Of a DNA stretch of 64,000 nt, positions 35,849-45,122 are shown one piece after another (positions within the stretch are counted from its first letter, which is position 1; every line of letters starts with the position of its first letter). The stretch is from Candidatus Hydrogenedens sp. (GTDB lineage: Bacteria; Hydrogenedentota; Hydrogenedentia; Hydrogenedentales; Hydrogenedentaceae), in the NCBI GenBank assembly GCA_049968235.1, contig JBMFRC010000002.1, positions 64,001 through 128,000 on the forward strand, read 5' to 3'. Position numbers and translations under genes: made by a program. The notes under the pieces were generated by a model that saw nothing but the letters and a program-made list of their open reading frames with translations, was not told the DNA's origin and did no database searches.

Positions 35849-37663
35849 ATGAATAAGGAAGAAGTTGAACAGCAGGAATATTTATATAAAATTCGGCATT
35901 CATTAGCACATGTATTGGCACATGCCGTTTTAGAAATACGACCAGACACAAAATTAGCATTTGGTCCCCCTGTGGAAAATGGCTTTTACTATGATTTTGA
36001 TTTTAACGGCAATCCTATTGGAGAAGCAGATTTACCGGAACTTGAAAAAAGAATGAGAAAAATTATCAAGGACAAATATACCTTTGAACAAAAATTTTTA
36101 AAGATAGAAGATGCCATTGCCTATCTCGAACAAAGTGGTCAAACTTACAAAGTAGAATATGCCAAAGAGTTAGCAGAAAAAGGGGAAATAGACCCTCGTG
36201 GACTATCATTTTATCAACATGGACCGTTTACCGACATGTGCGAAGGTCCTCATGTAAATAACACGGGAGAACTTCCCAAAGATGGCTTTAAATTAGACCG
36301 TATTTCTGGAAGTTATTGGCGGGGAGATGAAAAAAAACCCATGTTAACTCGTATCTATGGATTTGCCTTTTTAACAAAAGAAGAATTAGAGGACTTTCTT
36401 CATCGTCGTCAGTTGGCTATGGAACGAGACCATCGCAAATTAGGTGAAGAATTGGACTTATTCATTCAAGACTCCGAAGTAGGTGTGGGACTTCCTTTAT
36501 GGACACCCAACGGAACTATTATTCGTGAAGAATTAGAAAAATGGGCAAAAGAAGAAGAATTCAAAGCCGGTTATTTAAGGGTTTCTACTCCCTGTATCAC
36601 TCGAGCGGATTTGTATTATCGTTCCGGTCATCTCCCTTATTACGCGGAAAGCATGTATCCACCTATGACATTAGATGAAAACGACCAATATTATCTTCGC
36701 CCTATGAACTGCCCACATCATCACAAAATTTATGCTTCCCGATTACGCAGTTATCGAGACCTACCCCTTCGATTAGCAGAATACGGCAATGTATTTCGAT
36801 ATGAGAAACATGGGTCTCTCTCGGGATTGCTTCGTGTGCGAGCCATGTGTATGAACGACGCACATATTTATTGTGCCCCTGAACAGGTTGAAAGTGAATT
36901 TGTCGCTGTGATGCAAATGTATAACGATTATTATCAACACCTTCGTTTGGGTAATTTCCGTGTCCGTCTATCCCTTCATGACCCCAATAGCGACAAATTC
37001 GTTTCAGACGAAGAATTGTGGAATCGCAGTGAGGATATGGTTCGGCAGGTGTTAAATAATTTAGGGATACAATATGAAGAAGAAAAAGGGGAAGCCGCTT
37101 TTTATGGACCTAAGGTAGATGTGCAGGTAAAAAATCTTATGGGCAGAGAAGAGACCGTTTCTACATGCCAACTCGATTTTGTAATGGCAGAACGATTTAA
37201 TTTAACCTTTATTGACCGTGATGGACAGCCCAAACGACCTTTTATTGTCCATAGAGCACCACTGAGTACTCATGAACGCATCATTTCGTTTCTGATTGAA
37301 TTTTATGGAGGTGCTTTCCCTACATGGTTATCCCCAATCCAGATTATGATAGTTCCTGTAAACCCGGCTTTACTAGAATATGCCCATGCAATAAAAAAAG
37401 AACTGCACGACCAACTATTCCGTATTGAAATTGATGATAGTACTGAGACATTTAACAAGAAAATACGCAGTGCAGTCGTTCACAAAATCCCTAATATCTG
37501 GGTATTGGGTGAACGCGAAAAACAAGACCAAACAATCACATGGAGAAGATACTCTGTAAAAGAACAAATTACCATCCCACTAAAACAAGCTATTGAAACC
37601 CTTAAACAATTGCGTGAAAAACGAATTATGGATAATTTTTCAGATACTCCATTGCCTTTTTAA
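35849..37663 (+). CDS. thrS: Threonine--tRNA ligase (lacking N-terminal TGS domain)
   Basis: Editing-domain HSLAHVLAHAV. Class II motifs (FRYE, GLLRVR..ND..HIY). Anticodon-binding C-terminus. 604 aa, starting in the N2 region. Confidence 0.9.
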   Translation: MNKEEVEQQEYLYKIRHSLAHVLAHAVLEIRPDTKLAFGPPVENGFYYDFDFNGNPIGEADLPELEKRMRKIIKDKYTFEQKFLKIEDAIAYLEQSGQTYKVEYAKELAEKGEIDPRGLSFYQHGPFTDMCEGPHVNNTGELPKDGFKLDRISGSYWRGDEKKPMLTRIYGFAFLTKEELEDFLHRRQLAMERDHRKLGEELDLFIQDSEVGVGLPLWTPNGTIIREELEKWAKEEEFKAGYLRVSTPCITRADLYYRSGHLPYYAESMYPPMTLDENDQYYLRPMNCPHHHKIYASRLRSYRDLPLRLAEYGNVFRYEKHGSLSGLLRVRAMCMNDAHIYCAPEQVESEFVAVMQMYNDYYQHLRLGNFRVRLSLHDPNSDKFVSDEELWNRSEDMVRQVLNNLGIQYEEEKGEAAFYGPKVDVQVKNLMGREETVSTCQLDFVMAERFNLTFIDRDGQPKRPFIVHRAPLSTHERIISFLIEFYGGAFPTWLSPIQIMIVPVNPALLEYAHAIKKELHDQLFRIEIDDSTETFNKKIRSAVVHKIPNIWVLGEREKQDQTITWRRYSVKEQITIPLKQAIETLKQLREKRIMDNFSDTPLPF

Positions 37664-37677
37664 TACGGGGCTATCTC

Positions 37678-38433
37678 GTGAATCCAACCACTAACAAAGA
37701 AAACAATAATAAATGGATTACAATCCATCATGAAACCGAAAAAAATTATTGGTGGTTTATATTAAAGAGAGGGATTATCACATATTTTATACAATCTCTT
37801 CTAAAAAAAACCGATTCTATTTTAGAAATTGGATGTGGTGGAGGACGATTATCATGCGAACTTCAACAATTGGGATATAAAGTAATAAGTACAGACTTTG
37901 AACCTTCCGCAGTCTTTTATACAAAAAAATCGGGAATAACCCATGCTTTTGTCAGCAACAGTGGAGAAGGGATTCCTATAAAAAATGAAACTATAGACCT
38001 TATTGTAATGACCGATGTTCTGGAACATATCAAGGACCATAGTCTAACCATTCAAGAGTGCCATCGTGTATTAAAAAAAGAAGGATATATTGTAATTACT
38101 GTCCCTGCCTATCCCTGTCTTTTTTCTTCCTGGGACCGTTGGAATAAGCATTATCGGCGATACACAAAAGAACAACTTATATATCTTGCAAAAACTTCCC
38201 ATTTGAAAATAAAAAAACTAACTTTCTGGAATATTCCCGGTATTCCTTTCGCCATTTTTCGAAAAATAAAAGACTTATTTAACCCATCACAAAATTATGA
38301 AGGCTTCCCTTCGGTTCCTACTTTGATTGAGATACCCTTAAAATGTTTTATTTCTATGGAAAATAAATGGCTTCGTAGATTCTCATTGCCTGTAGGATTA
38401 TCTCTGATTTGTATTTTTGAAAAAATAGAGTGA
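37678..38433 (+). CDS. Class I SAM-dependent methyltransferase
   Basis: Motif I ILEIGCGGGRLSCEL. Motif post-I/II VMTDVLEHI. Confidence 0.7.
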   Translation: MNPTTNKENNNKWITIHHETEKNYWWFILKRGIITYFIQSLLKKTDSILEIGCGGGRLSCELQQLGYKVISTDFEPSAVFYTKKSGITHAFVSNSGEGIPIKNETIDLIVMTDVLEHIKDHSLTIQECHRVLKKEGYIVITVPAYPCLFSSWDRWNKHYRRYTKEQLIYLAKTSHLKIKKLTFWNIPGIPFAIFRKIKDLFNPSQNYEGFPSVPTLIEIPLKCFISMENKWLRRFSLPVGLSLICIFEKIE

Positions 38434-38434
38434 A

Positions 38435-39691
38435 ATGAATATGACGGAACAAACAATTACAAAAATCTGTCCTCATTTTGGAATATGTGGTGGATGTGAG
38501 TATCAAGATATCCCCTATGAAAATCAATTACAAAAGAAAGAAGTGAGAATTGCAGAACTTTTTAAAGGATTCATTACAACTCCTATTCCCATTCAACCCT
38601 CCCCTGAAATCTGGCATTATCGTAATAAAATAGACCCGGTATTCTCACCTGAATACTTTGAGAAGCCACCTCCAAAATATATAAAGAGAGAAACGGTACT
38701 GGGCTTTAAAAGGTATAAACGATGGTATGATACTTTCCAATTAAAAGACTGCCTTATAGGTCCTCCAGAATTACCCAACTTAATTCATGCTCTTTCCCAA
38801 TGGCGAAAAGAAAATCATTATGAGGCTTATGACCGAAGAACAGGAAACGGCATTCTACATGCCCTTTTATTACGCCAGGGTAAAAGAACTGGAGAAAGAA
38901 TGATTGGCATCCTGACACGAAAAATAGATTTAAATTGGAATTCTTTGATTGATTGGCTTCACCAGTATTTTCCTTATAAAAGTTTATATGCAGGTGTTTA
39001 TACACGAACGGCAGAAGTCTCTCAAGCAGAGGAATGGCATCTCATAGATGGAGAACCTCATATTTGCGAAAAACTTATATTGCACTCCGTTGAAAAACAC
39101 CTCGAATATAGTTTCCAGATTTCTCCTTCCAGTTTCTTTCAGGCAAATACACTATCTGCGGAAAACATGTTTTCACAGGTATATAACTGGACAAAAGAGA
39201 TTTCCCCTTTATACATTTACGACCTTTATGGGGGAATGGGAACTTTTGCAATTCTTTTATCCCAACTTGCCCGGGAAGTTTATTCTGTTGATTGTGTCTC
39301 ATCCTCCCTTGAAGATGGGAAAAAGAATTTGCTACTAAATAATACCTCCAATGTCCATTTTGAACTCAACACCGTTCGCAAATTCCTTTCCGAAAAAATA
39401 AAAAACTCCAATAATCTCTTCGCACAGGATACTCTTGTTATTGTTGACCCTCCTCGTGAGGGATTAACCGAAAATGTTATAAAAAAACTTGTCCAGTGGG
39501 GTCCTTTTCATCTCTTTTATGTATCCTGTAACCCTGATGCCCTTGCTCGGGAATTACCTTATTTGTTAGAACATTATAAATGTATTCAGAGTAAACTTTA
39601 TGATTTCTTTCCCCACACACCCCATATCGAAACGCTACTCTGGCTAACAAAAAAAATAAATTTGAGCTTATCTTATCCTGTAACAAAATAA
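38435..39691 (+). CDS. RNA (uracil-5-)-methyltransferase, RumA/TrmA family
   Basis: N-terminal Fe-S Cys cluster CPHFGICGGCEYQ. SAM-binding fold with VDPPREGL. Catalytic-region SCNP. Confidence 0.8.
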   Translation: MNMTEQTITKICPHFGICGGCEYQDIPYENQLQKKEVRIAELFKGFITTPIPIQPSPEIWHYRNKIDPVFSPEYFEKPPPKYIKRETVLGFKRYKRWYDTFQLKDCLIGPPELPNLIHALSQWRKENHYEAYDRRTGNGILHALLLRQGKRTGERMIGILTRKIDLNWNSLIDWLHQYFPYKSLYAGVYTRTAEVSQAEEWHLIDGEPHICEKLILHSVEKHLEYSFQISPSSFFQANTLSAENMFSQVYNWTKEISPLYIYDLYGGMGTFAILLSQLAREVYSVDCVSSSLEDGKKNLLLNNTSNVHFELNTVRKFLSEKIKNSNNLFAQDTLVIVDPPREGLTENVIKKLVQWGPFHLFYVSCNPDALARELPYLLEHYKCIQSKLYDFFPHTPHIETLLWLTKKINLSLSYPVTK

Positions 39692-39751
39692 CTACCTGTT
39701 TGTAATACCTATTTAGATGATTAGCAACCCATTTGAAAGGAGGTGAATGGT

Positions 39752-39880
39752 ATGTTAAATATCCTATTAGAAGGTATTGAGACTTTTGTAAATGCTATTC
39801 TTAAAGCCGTCCAGGGCTTTCTGGGTATCCTTGGCATCAATGTTAATTTAGGACAGATTGACATCGATGGAAATGAATAG
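39752..39880 (+). CDS. Unannotated small ORF (42 aa) MLNILLEGIETFVNAILKAVQGFLGILGINVNLGQIDIDGNE
   Basis: Consensus RBS aaggaggtgaa ends 7 nt before the ATG. Weak hairpin plus T-run 39892..39925 downstream. Amphipathic, hydrophobic-rich peptide. Confidence 0.35.
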   Translation: MLNILLEGIETFVNAILKAVQGFLGILGINVNLGQIDIDGNE

Positions 39881-39944
39881 CAATTGTAGTAGGAAGGAAA
39901 TTGAAAACCTTTCCATTGTTTTACTATATTAGGGATAGTAAACA

Positions 39945-39980
39945 ATGGAAAATAATGGAGAAAAGTAAGTGCGCACTTAC
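39945..39980 (-). terminator. Rho-independent terminator for the 40114..40938 gene
   Basis: Perfect 16-bp palindrome gtaagtgcgcacttac. On the minus strand it is followed by UUUUCUCCAUUAUUUUCC. Confidence 0.55.
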
Positions 39981-40113
39981 CAACCTATACCCATAGAATG
40001 CATCGAAGATTTAGGTTATTTCCTTTATGCCTTAGTAAACAGTTTCGTCTCTGTTTTTAATGAAATATTTGATAAGTTGGGTTGCAGTTTACGGATTATA
40101 CCGTGGGAATAAC

Positions 40114-40938
40114 CTAAACATATCTCAAGTAAGCATCTTTTATCCGCAGGATATATTGCTTTGGATCTACTTTCCAATATCGTTCTGAAAAAATTTCTAC
40201 CTCAACAAAACCCCGAAAACCTGCCTGTTCTGCCCATGCCCGAATCTGTCGAATATTGATACATCCTTCACCCATTAATCCACGGTCAGTTAATATATGA
40301 TTTGTTGGAGTTTTCCAATCAGATACATGAAATGCCATAATTTTCCGTCCTGCTCGCACAATTTCTGATTGTAAACAGGCTTCCCACCATACATGATAAA
40401 CATCCAGAACAACACCCACCCATTCTGAGTGTAACGCACTTACAGTATTATTCGCCTGTTCCATTGTATTTATCGCAGAACGATTATCGGCATACATAGG
40501 ATGCAAGGGTTCAACCCCCAAACAAACCTGTGCAGATTTTGCATGAGGTAATATTTTTTGTATTCCGTCCAGAATGTGCTGTCTTGCTTCATGTAAAGGC
40601 AGTCGAGGTTCTGCTCCACATACCAATACCACCAGCGGAGCACCAATTTCGTGTGCTTCATCTATCGCCTTCATTGTTTCAATACATGCGCGTTCTCGCT
40701 CTTGAACACTGGCACTGGGGAAAAATCCCCCTCTACATAAACTTACTACTTTCAATCCACTATCTTTTAAAATTTCTTTACTCTCCTTTAATCCGGTATC
40801 GTGAATATGTTCCCGCCAAACGGTTATTCCGGGGATGCCTTCTGCCTGGAATAATTTTACAATCTGGGAGAGTTTTAACGGTTTGAATGTCATTGTATGA
40901 ATAGCAAGACGGCTGTAATCTGTCAAATGCTCAACCAT
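40114..40938 (-). CDS. Sugar phosphate isomerase/epimerase (xylose isomerase-like TIM barrel, AP-endonuclease-2 fold)
   Basis: 274 aa. Metal-binding-like blocks LVVLVCGAEP, FHVSDW and EVEIFSE are typical of the family. Confidence 0.6.
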   Translation of the reverse strand: MVEHLTDYSRLAIHTMTFKPLKLSQIVKLFQAEGIPGITVWREHIHDTGLKESKEILKDSGLKVVSLCRGGFFPSASVQERERACIETMKAIDEAHEIGAPLVVLVCGAEPRLPLHEARQHILDGIQKILPHAKSAQVCLGVEPLHPMYADNRSAINTMEQANNTVSALHSEWVGVVLDVYHVWWEACLQSEIVRAGRKIMAFHVSDWKTPTNHILTDRGLMGEGCINIRQIRAWAEQAGFRGFVEVEIFSERYWKVDPKQYILRIKDAYLRYV

Positions 40939-40980
40939 ATAGATATCTTTCTAATCCTTTACATATTTGTTTATATTTCC

Positions 40981-43662
40981 CTATTTTCCTACAGATTTTT
41001 CTCCCAATTTTGAGCGATATGATTGGATATATTCTGCAATTTCTGGATAATTTAATGTTTCCGCAAGTTCTTGAGGTGTTCTGCCTCGTGTATCTCGGGC
41101 ATCTATATCAGCACCTGCTTTCAGTAGAATATCCACAATGTTAATTTGTCGCTCTTGAACTGCCAGATGAAGTGGAGTAAAACCATCAATCCCCAATCCT
41201 CTTACATTTAAGTCAACTTTGCAATTAACCAGAACTGATGTCATTTCCGGAGAGTGTTTTATTATAGTCCTGTGAATTGGTGCTTTGCCGAAATAAAAAA
41301 TTTCAGCGAAATTAGGATAATATTCAACAATTTTTTTAAGTCCTTCTATATCATTTCTTTCAATTCTCTGTAAATATTCTTCACAAATAACCGCATAGAA
41401 CAAACGAACTACCCCTTGTAATCCTTCAAACAGACGTATTTGAGACATTGTTGCTCCTGCTACAAGAACTGTTTTTTCAAGTCGTTCTTCCGCTTCATCC
41501 AGGGGTGTTTTGCCTGAATTATTACGGACACATATTTCTGCTCGTTTCGTAAGGATAAGTTGCACAAAACGCTCCTGTCCATTCATACACGCATGATGAA
41601 GGGGGGTATTCCCGGAAGTATCCGGTAGATTGGGGTCAACACCTTTTAATATTAAAATTTGGGCAGGACCCCAATGTCCTCTCGCGGAACAGAGATGAAT
41701 AGCGGACTGCCCTGTTTGTGAAGGCTTTTTATAATCAACACCCAAATCAATCAATTCTTTAACTATTATGATATGTCCTCTAATACAAGCTAGATGAATA
41801 GGTGCATAACCATCTTTATTCAGTTCATCCATAGGCAATTTTTTACCCGCAAGCCATATTACTGTATCCACAGCACCACTCTGACATGCATAATGTAAAG
41901 CAGAATTTCTTTTTGCATCAAGCGCAAATAAATCCAGTCCAAATCCCTCTAACCAGCGAATCATTTCTGAGTTTTCCGAACATGCCCCCACATGAATCAG
42001 TGTTCGTTGTTCACGGTCAATTACATCTGTTCTGGCTCCATGCTCAACAAGATATTTTGCAATAGTAAGACTATCCACTTCTACAGCAACAAATAAAGGC
42101 GTTTTCCCCACTGCATTTGCATAATTAACATCGGCTCCCTGTTGCACAAGAAATTCAACCGCATCCTGTTCTTTTGCCTCTACAGATAAATGCAATGGAG
42201 TGTTTCCAGAACGCTCTGTTTCATTAATATCCAGTCCTTTTTCAATAAATAACTGCATCAAAGGAATCAATCCCAATGAAGATGCAAGATGTAAAATCGT
42301 TTTACCACTTTTATCCCGTGCATGGATATTGGCTCCCTTATCTACCAACCATCTCGCCATTTCTTCATTCTTCTTTTCAACTGCAATAAACAACGGCGTA
42401 TATCGAGAACGGTCTGTTATCTCAAGGTCAGCACCCTGTCGTATCAAATCTTCCGCTATCTCTCTTTCGCCCATTTCCACTGCTAAAAAAAGAGGGGATT
42501 TCCCATCTTTATTTCGCAAATTAAGATTGGCACCTCTCTCAACAAGAATTTGAACAATTTCCTTCTTTTTCTGTTCAACTGCAAAATGGAGTGGTGTTTC
42601 AGAATTCCGAACAACATTTACACAGTTCACATCCGCTCCCAAATCCAGCAAAAACTTAACAATATCCGCATCGGATTTTTCTATAGCATATTCAATAGGA
42701 TAGGTATCCTTTCTTACACTTCCCAACCCATTAATATTTACTCCCAAATCGACCAGGAACCGTATCATATCTTTATTTTTGTGTAATATGGCAACACTTA
42801 AAGGTCTATCTCCTTCAATCGTTGATACATCCAGACTTGCTCCTCTTTGAAGTAGATATAAAAGAACCTCTTTTTGGTTAGAGGCTATTGCATCAATTAC
42901 AGGGGGCGTCGAATAACGAGTAGGTGCAGAAACAAGCCATTCCGGATGTTCTTTTAAATATGCGTCTATAGTCTCAATATCCCCAAAACCAATAGCATGG
43001 GACAATGAATAATGAGCATCATAACCTCTCAACACATGAACCACTTCAAAATTTTTCTTCTTTCCTGCCAATAAAGAGGGGCTACTATAAACACTTCCAT
43101 CCGGGACTAAGGGTAATATAGGATTTGCTCCTTTGATTATTAACATGCGTGCGACATCGCCAGTTCCGGACTCTGCGCAAATATGAAGTGGCGAGTAATT
43201 TTCCTTGTTCCGGGAATTCGGATTTAATCCAAGATTTATCAGATGTTCTATTACATATACACTTTGTGCCGATGATGCCAGATGAAGTGAATTATTTCCT
43301 TTTTCATCTGTGCAAAACACATCTCCACCCCATGAAATCCAAATATCGGACATATAGGGAAAGCCTAACCCGGCAGACATTAAATAATATTTATTCTTCT
43401 CCTCCGTTGAAATGGAATCCTTTTCGGAGGAACAATATAACAGGGCATAAATATCTCCTGCTTTTATCAATTCTTCCAGCGAAGAATATCCCCATTTTTG
43501 AAGATTTTCCAAAATAGAACCTGTTTGTTTTTCATCTGCATATACAAAATTTTGAATTACAGATTGAATATACATATGAGTTTTAAAAGATAACATTACA
43601 AAAAATATAATCATTAAAAATATAACAATATAAAGTGACCTCATAACTTTCTTTCTTAGCAT
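40981..43662 (-). CDS. Membrane-anchored ankyrin-repeat protein (893 aa, more than 20 ANK repeats)
   Basis: N-terminal TM LYIVIFLMIIFFVMLSF. Reiterated 33-aa ANK consensus (..G.TPLH.A...G....V..LL..GA.VN..). The orphan ORF set 42200..43517 on the plus strand lies inside this gene. Confidence 0.8.
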   Translation of the reverse strand: MLRKKVMRSLYIVIFLMIIFFVMLSFKTHMYIQSVIQNFVYADEKQTGSILENLQKWGYSSLEELIKAGDIYALLYCSSEKDSISTEEKNKYYLMSAGLGFPYMSDIWISWGGDVFCTDEKGNNSLHLASSAQSVYVIEHLINLGLNPNSRNKENYSPLHICAESGTGDVARMLIIKGANPILPLVPDGSVYSSPSLLAGKKKNFEVVHVLRGYDAHYSLSHAIGFGDIETIDAYLKEHPEWLVSAPTRYSTPPVIDAIASNQKEVLLYLLQRGASLDVSTIEGDRPLSVAILHKNKDMIRFLVDLGVNINGLGSVRKDTYPIEYAIEKSDADIVKFLLDLGADVNCVNVVRNSETPLHFAVEQKKKEIVQILVERGANLNLRNKDGKSPLFLAVEMGEREIAEDLIRQGADLEITDRSRYTPLFIAVEKKNEEMARWLVDKGANIHARDKSGKTILHLASSLGLIPLMQLFIEKGLDINETERSGNTPLHLSVEAKEQDAVEFLVQQGADVNYANAVGKTPLFVAVEVDSLTIAKYLVEHGARTDVIDREQRTLIHVGACSENSEMIRWLEGFGLDLFALDAKRNSALHYACQSGAVDTVIWLAGKKLPMDELNKDGYAPIHLACIRGHIIIVKELIDLGVDYKKPSQTGQSAIHLCSARGHWGPAQILILKGVDPNLPDTSGNTPLHHACMNGQERFVQLILTKRAEICVRNNSGKTPLDEAEERLEKTVLVAGATMSQIRLFEGLQGVVRLFYAVICEEYLQRIERNDIEGLKKIVEYYPNFAEIFYFGKAPIHRTIIKHSPEMTSVLVNCKVDLNVRGLGIDGFTPLHLAVQERQINIVDILLKAGADIDARDTRGRTPQELAETLNYPEIAEYIQSYRSKLGEKSVGK

Positions 43663-43682
43663 AGAAAATTTCTCTGCCTATT

Positions 43683-45056
43683 TTATTTTATTAAACATGT
43701 AATAACTGTTTTTGATGGAATGCTCAAACGAAAGTATTTATCCCTACAATGAACAGCCACCTTTTTTTCTTGTGTTTCTGCATTGGCTATAACTAAAACA
43801 ATATTTCCATCCGGGTTAAGAAATGCCACATTGTTAAAATAACGGTCACCGGAAGTGGAAGAAATACGATAAGCACCACGTTTTACAAATTTCATAAATT
43901 GTCCATACATATAATAGTCATACCGGTATTCAATTGTATTATCTTCCTTTAATACAATCATTGTAGGACTGGCATTATGAGGACCACGGTTCGGCTTTCT
44001 TTGCCAATCCAAACATATCACCCACAAATTGTATGACCGCGACCAATTTCGAAATATCTCTATTATTTTAACAGCACCTCGGGATAAAAATGTGGAACCT
44101 TCTGTAAAATAAATATGTTTATCCGGAAACTCATTATGCAAAATACTTTGTGCATCTACTTTGCCTTCATATAAATGGAAACCTGTTCCCTCTACATATT
44201 TAGAGGCATTAACATCTGTAAAAATGCTACGGGGAAAATCCAGAAAATTCCAGTTGTGGTCCCAACACCATATTTTCGTTGAAATCCCTGCTTTTTCGAA
44301 ACAAGGACCTAAAAAATCACGAATAAAATCCCTTTGCTGTTCAGCAGTCCATAGACAAGTTGGGTAATCTTTATCATTCATTCGTGGTTCATTCTGCGCG
44401 GTAATAGCATAAATAGGAATTCCTTCCGCTGTATACGACTCAATAAATTTTTTGAGATAATTCGCATAAGCAGGATAATATTCTTCTAACAACACACCTC
44501 CATTCATTGTTTTTGTGTCTTTCATCCATCCCGGAGGGCTCCAGGGTGAAGCAAAGAAAAGCACTTCCGAATTTTTCTCCTGCACCATTTTAATAATGGG
44601 GATTACATATACTCGGTCTTTATCAATTGAAAATCGGTTGAGTTCTGGGTCTATTTCTCCTTCCGGACAATCATTATAAGAATAATATGCTTCACCAACA
44701 AAATCCGATGTTCCTATACATAAACGGATAAGATTCATTCCAATCCCCTTTTCCGGGTCAACCAATTTTGTAATAACTTCTTCTCGTTTGTCGGGGGATA
44801 ACTTCATCAGGTTGAAACAGGTCGAATGCTCTAAAGAACCTCCCATACCTAATATCGTTTGATACTTCTCCTCCGGATTTATTTCTATTAAAATATCCCT
44901 CGTCTTCTTAGGTTTTTCTATCCGAACTGCCTGTTCCGTTAATAAATACTTACCATCTTCTGAACTCATCCACACTTGAACTGTTTCTCTCTCCAGAGAA
45001 AAAGCATTTACAAACACAAATAATATACAAAAAACAATTATAAGGGTTCTTCTCAT
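43683..45056 (-). CDS. Glycoside hydrolase family 30-like protein, secreted (457 aa)
   Basis: Signal peptide. GH30 N-terminal signature ILGMGGSLEHS..GIGMNLIRLCIGTSDF. TIM-barrel and beta-sandwich length. Confidence 0.7.
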   Translation of the reverse strand: MRRTLIIVFCILFVFVNAFSLERETVQVWMSSEDGKYLLTEQAVRIEKPKKTRDILIEINPEEKYQTILGMGGSLEHSTCFNLMKLSPDKREEVITKLVDPEKGIGMNLIRLCIGTSDFVGEAYYSYNDCPEGEIDPELNRFSIDKDRVYVIPIIKMVQEKNSEVLFFASPWSPPGWMKDTKTMNGGVLLEEYYPAYANYLKKFIESYTAEGIPIYAITAQNEPRMNDKDYPTCLWTAEQQRDFIRDFLGPCFEKAGISTKIWCWDHNWNFLDFPRSIFTDVNASKYVEGTGFHLYEGKVDAQSILHNEFPDKHIYFTEGSTFLSRGAVKIIEIFRNWSRSYNLWVICLDWQRKPNRGPHNASPTMIVLKEDNTIEYRYDYYMYGQFMKFVKRGAYRISSTSGDRYFNNVAFLNPDGNIVLVIANAETQEKKVAVHCRDKYFRLSIPSKTVITCLIK

Positions 45057-45122
45057 ATCATTTACCTCTTTTGTTTAATTGATTTATATTTACCTGTTGT
45101 ATAATTAAAATGTAAAAATAAT

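Noticed and set aside
39721-39945. 74-aa minus-strand ORF in the rumA/TIM-barrel convergent gap
   Set aside because: It is overlapped on the opposite strand by a 42-codon ORF with a consensus SD, and it spans two terminator-like hairpins. It has no RBS of its own.
42200-43517. Plus-strand ORFs of 78-122 aa antisense to the ankyrin-repeat gene
   Set aside because: They lie antisense within a long repeat-bearing CDS. The repeats create long open antisense frames by chance, and no translation signals are present.
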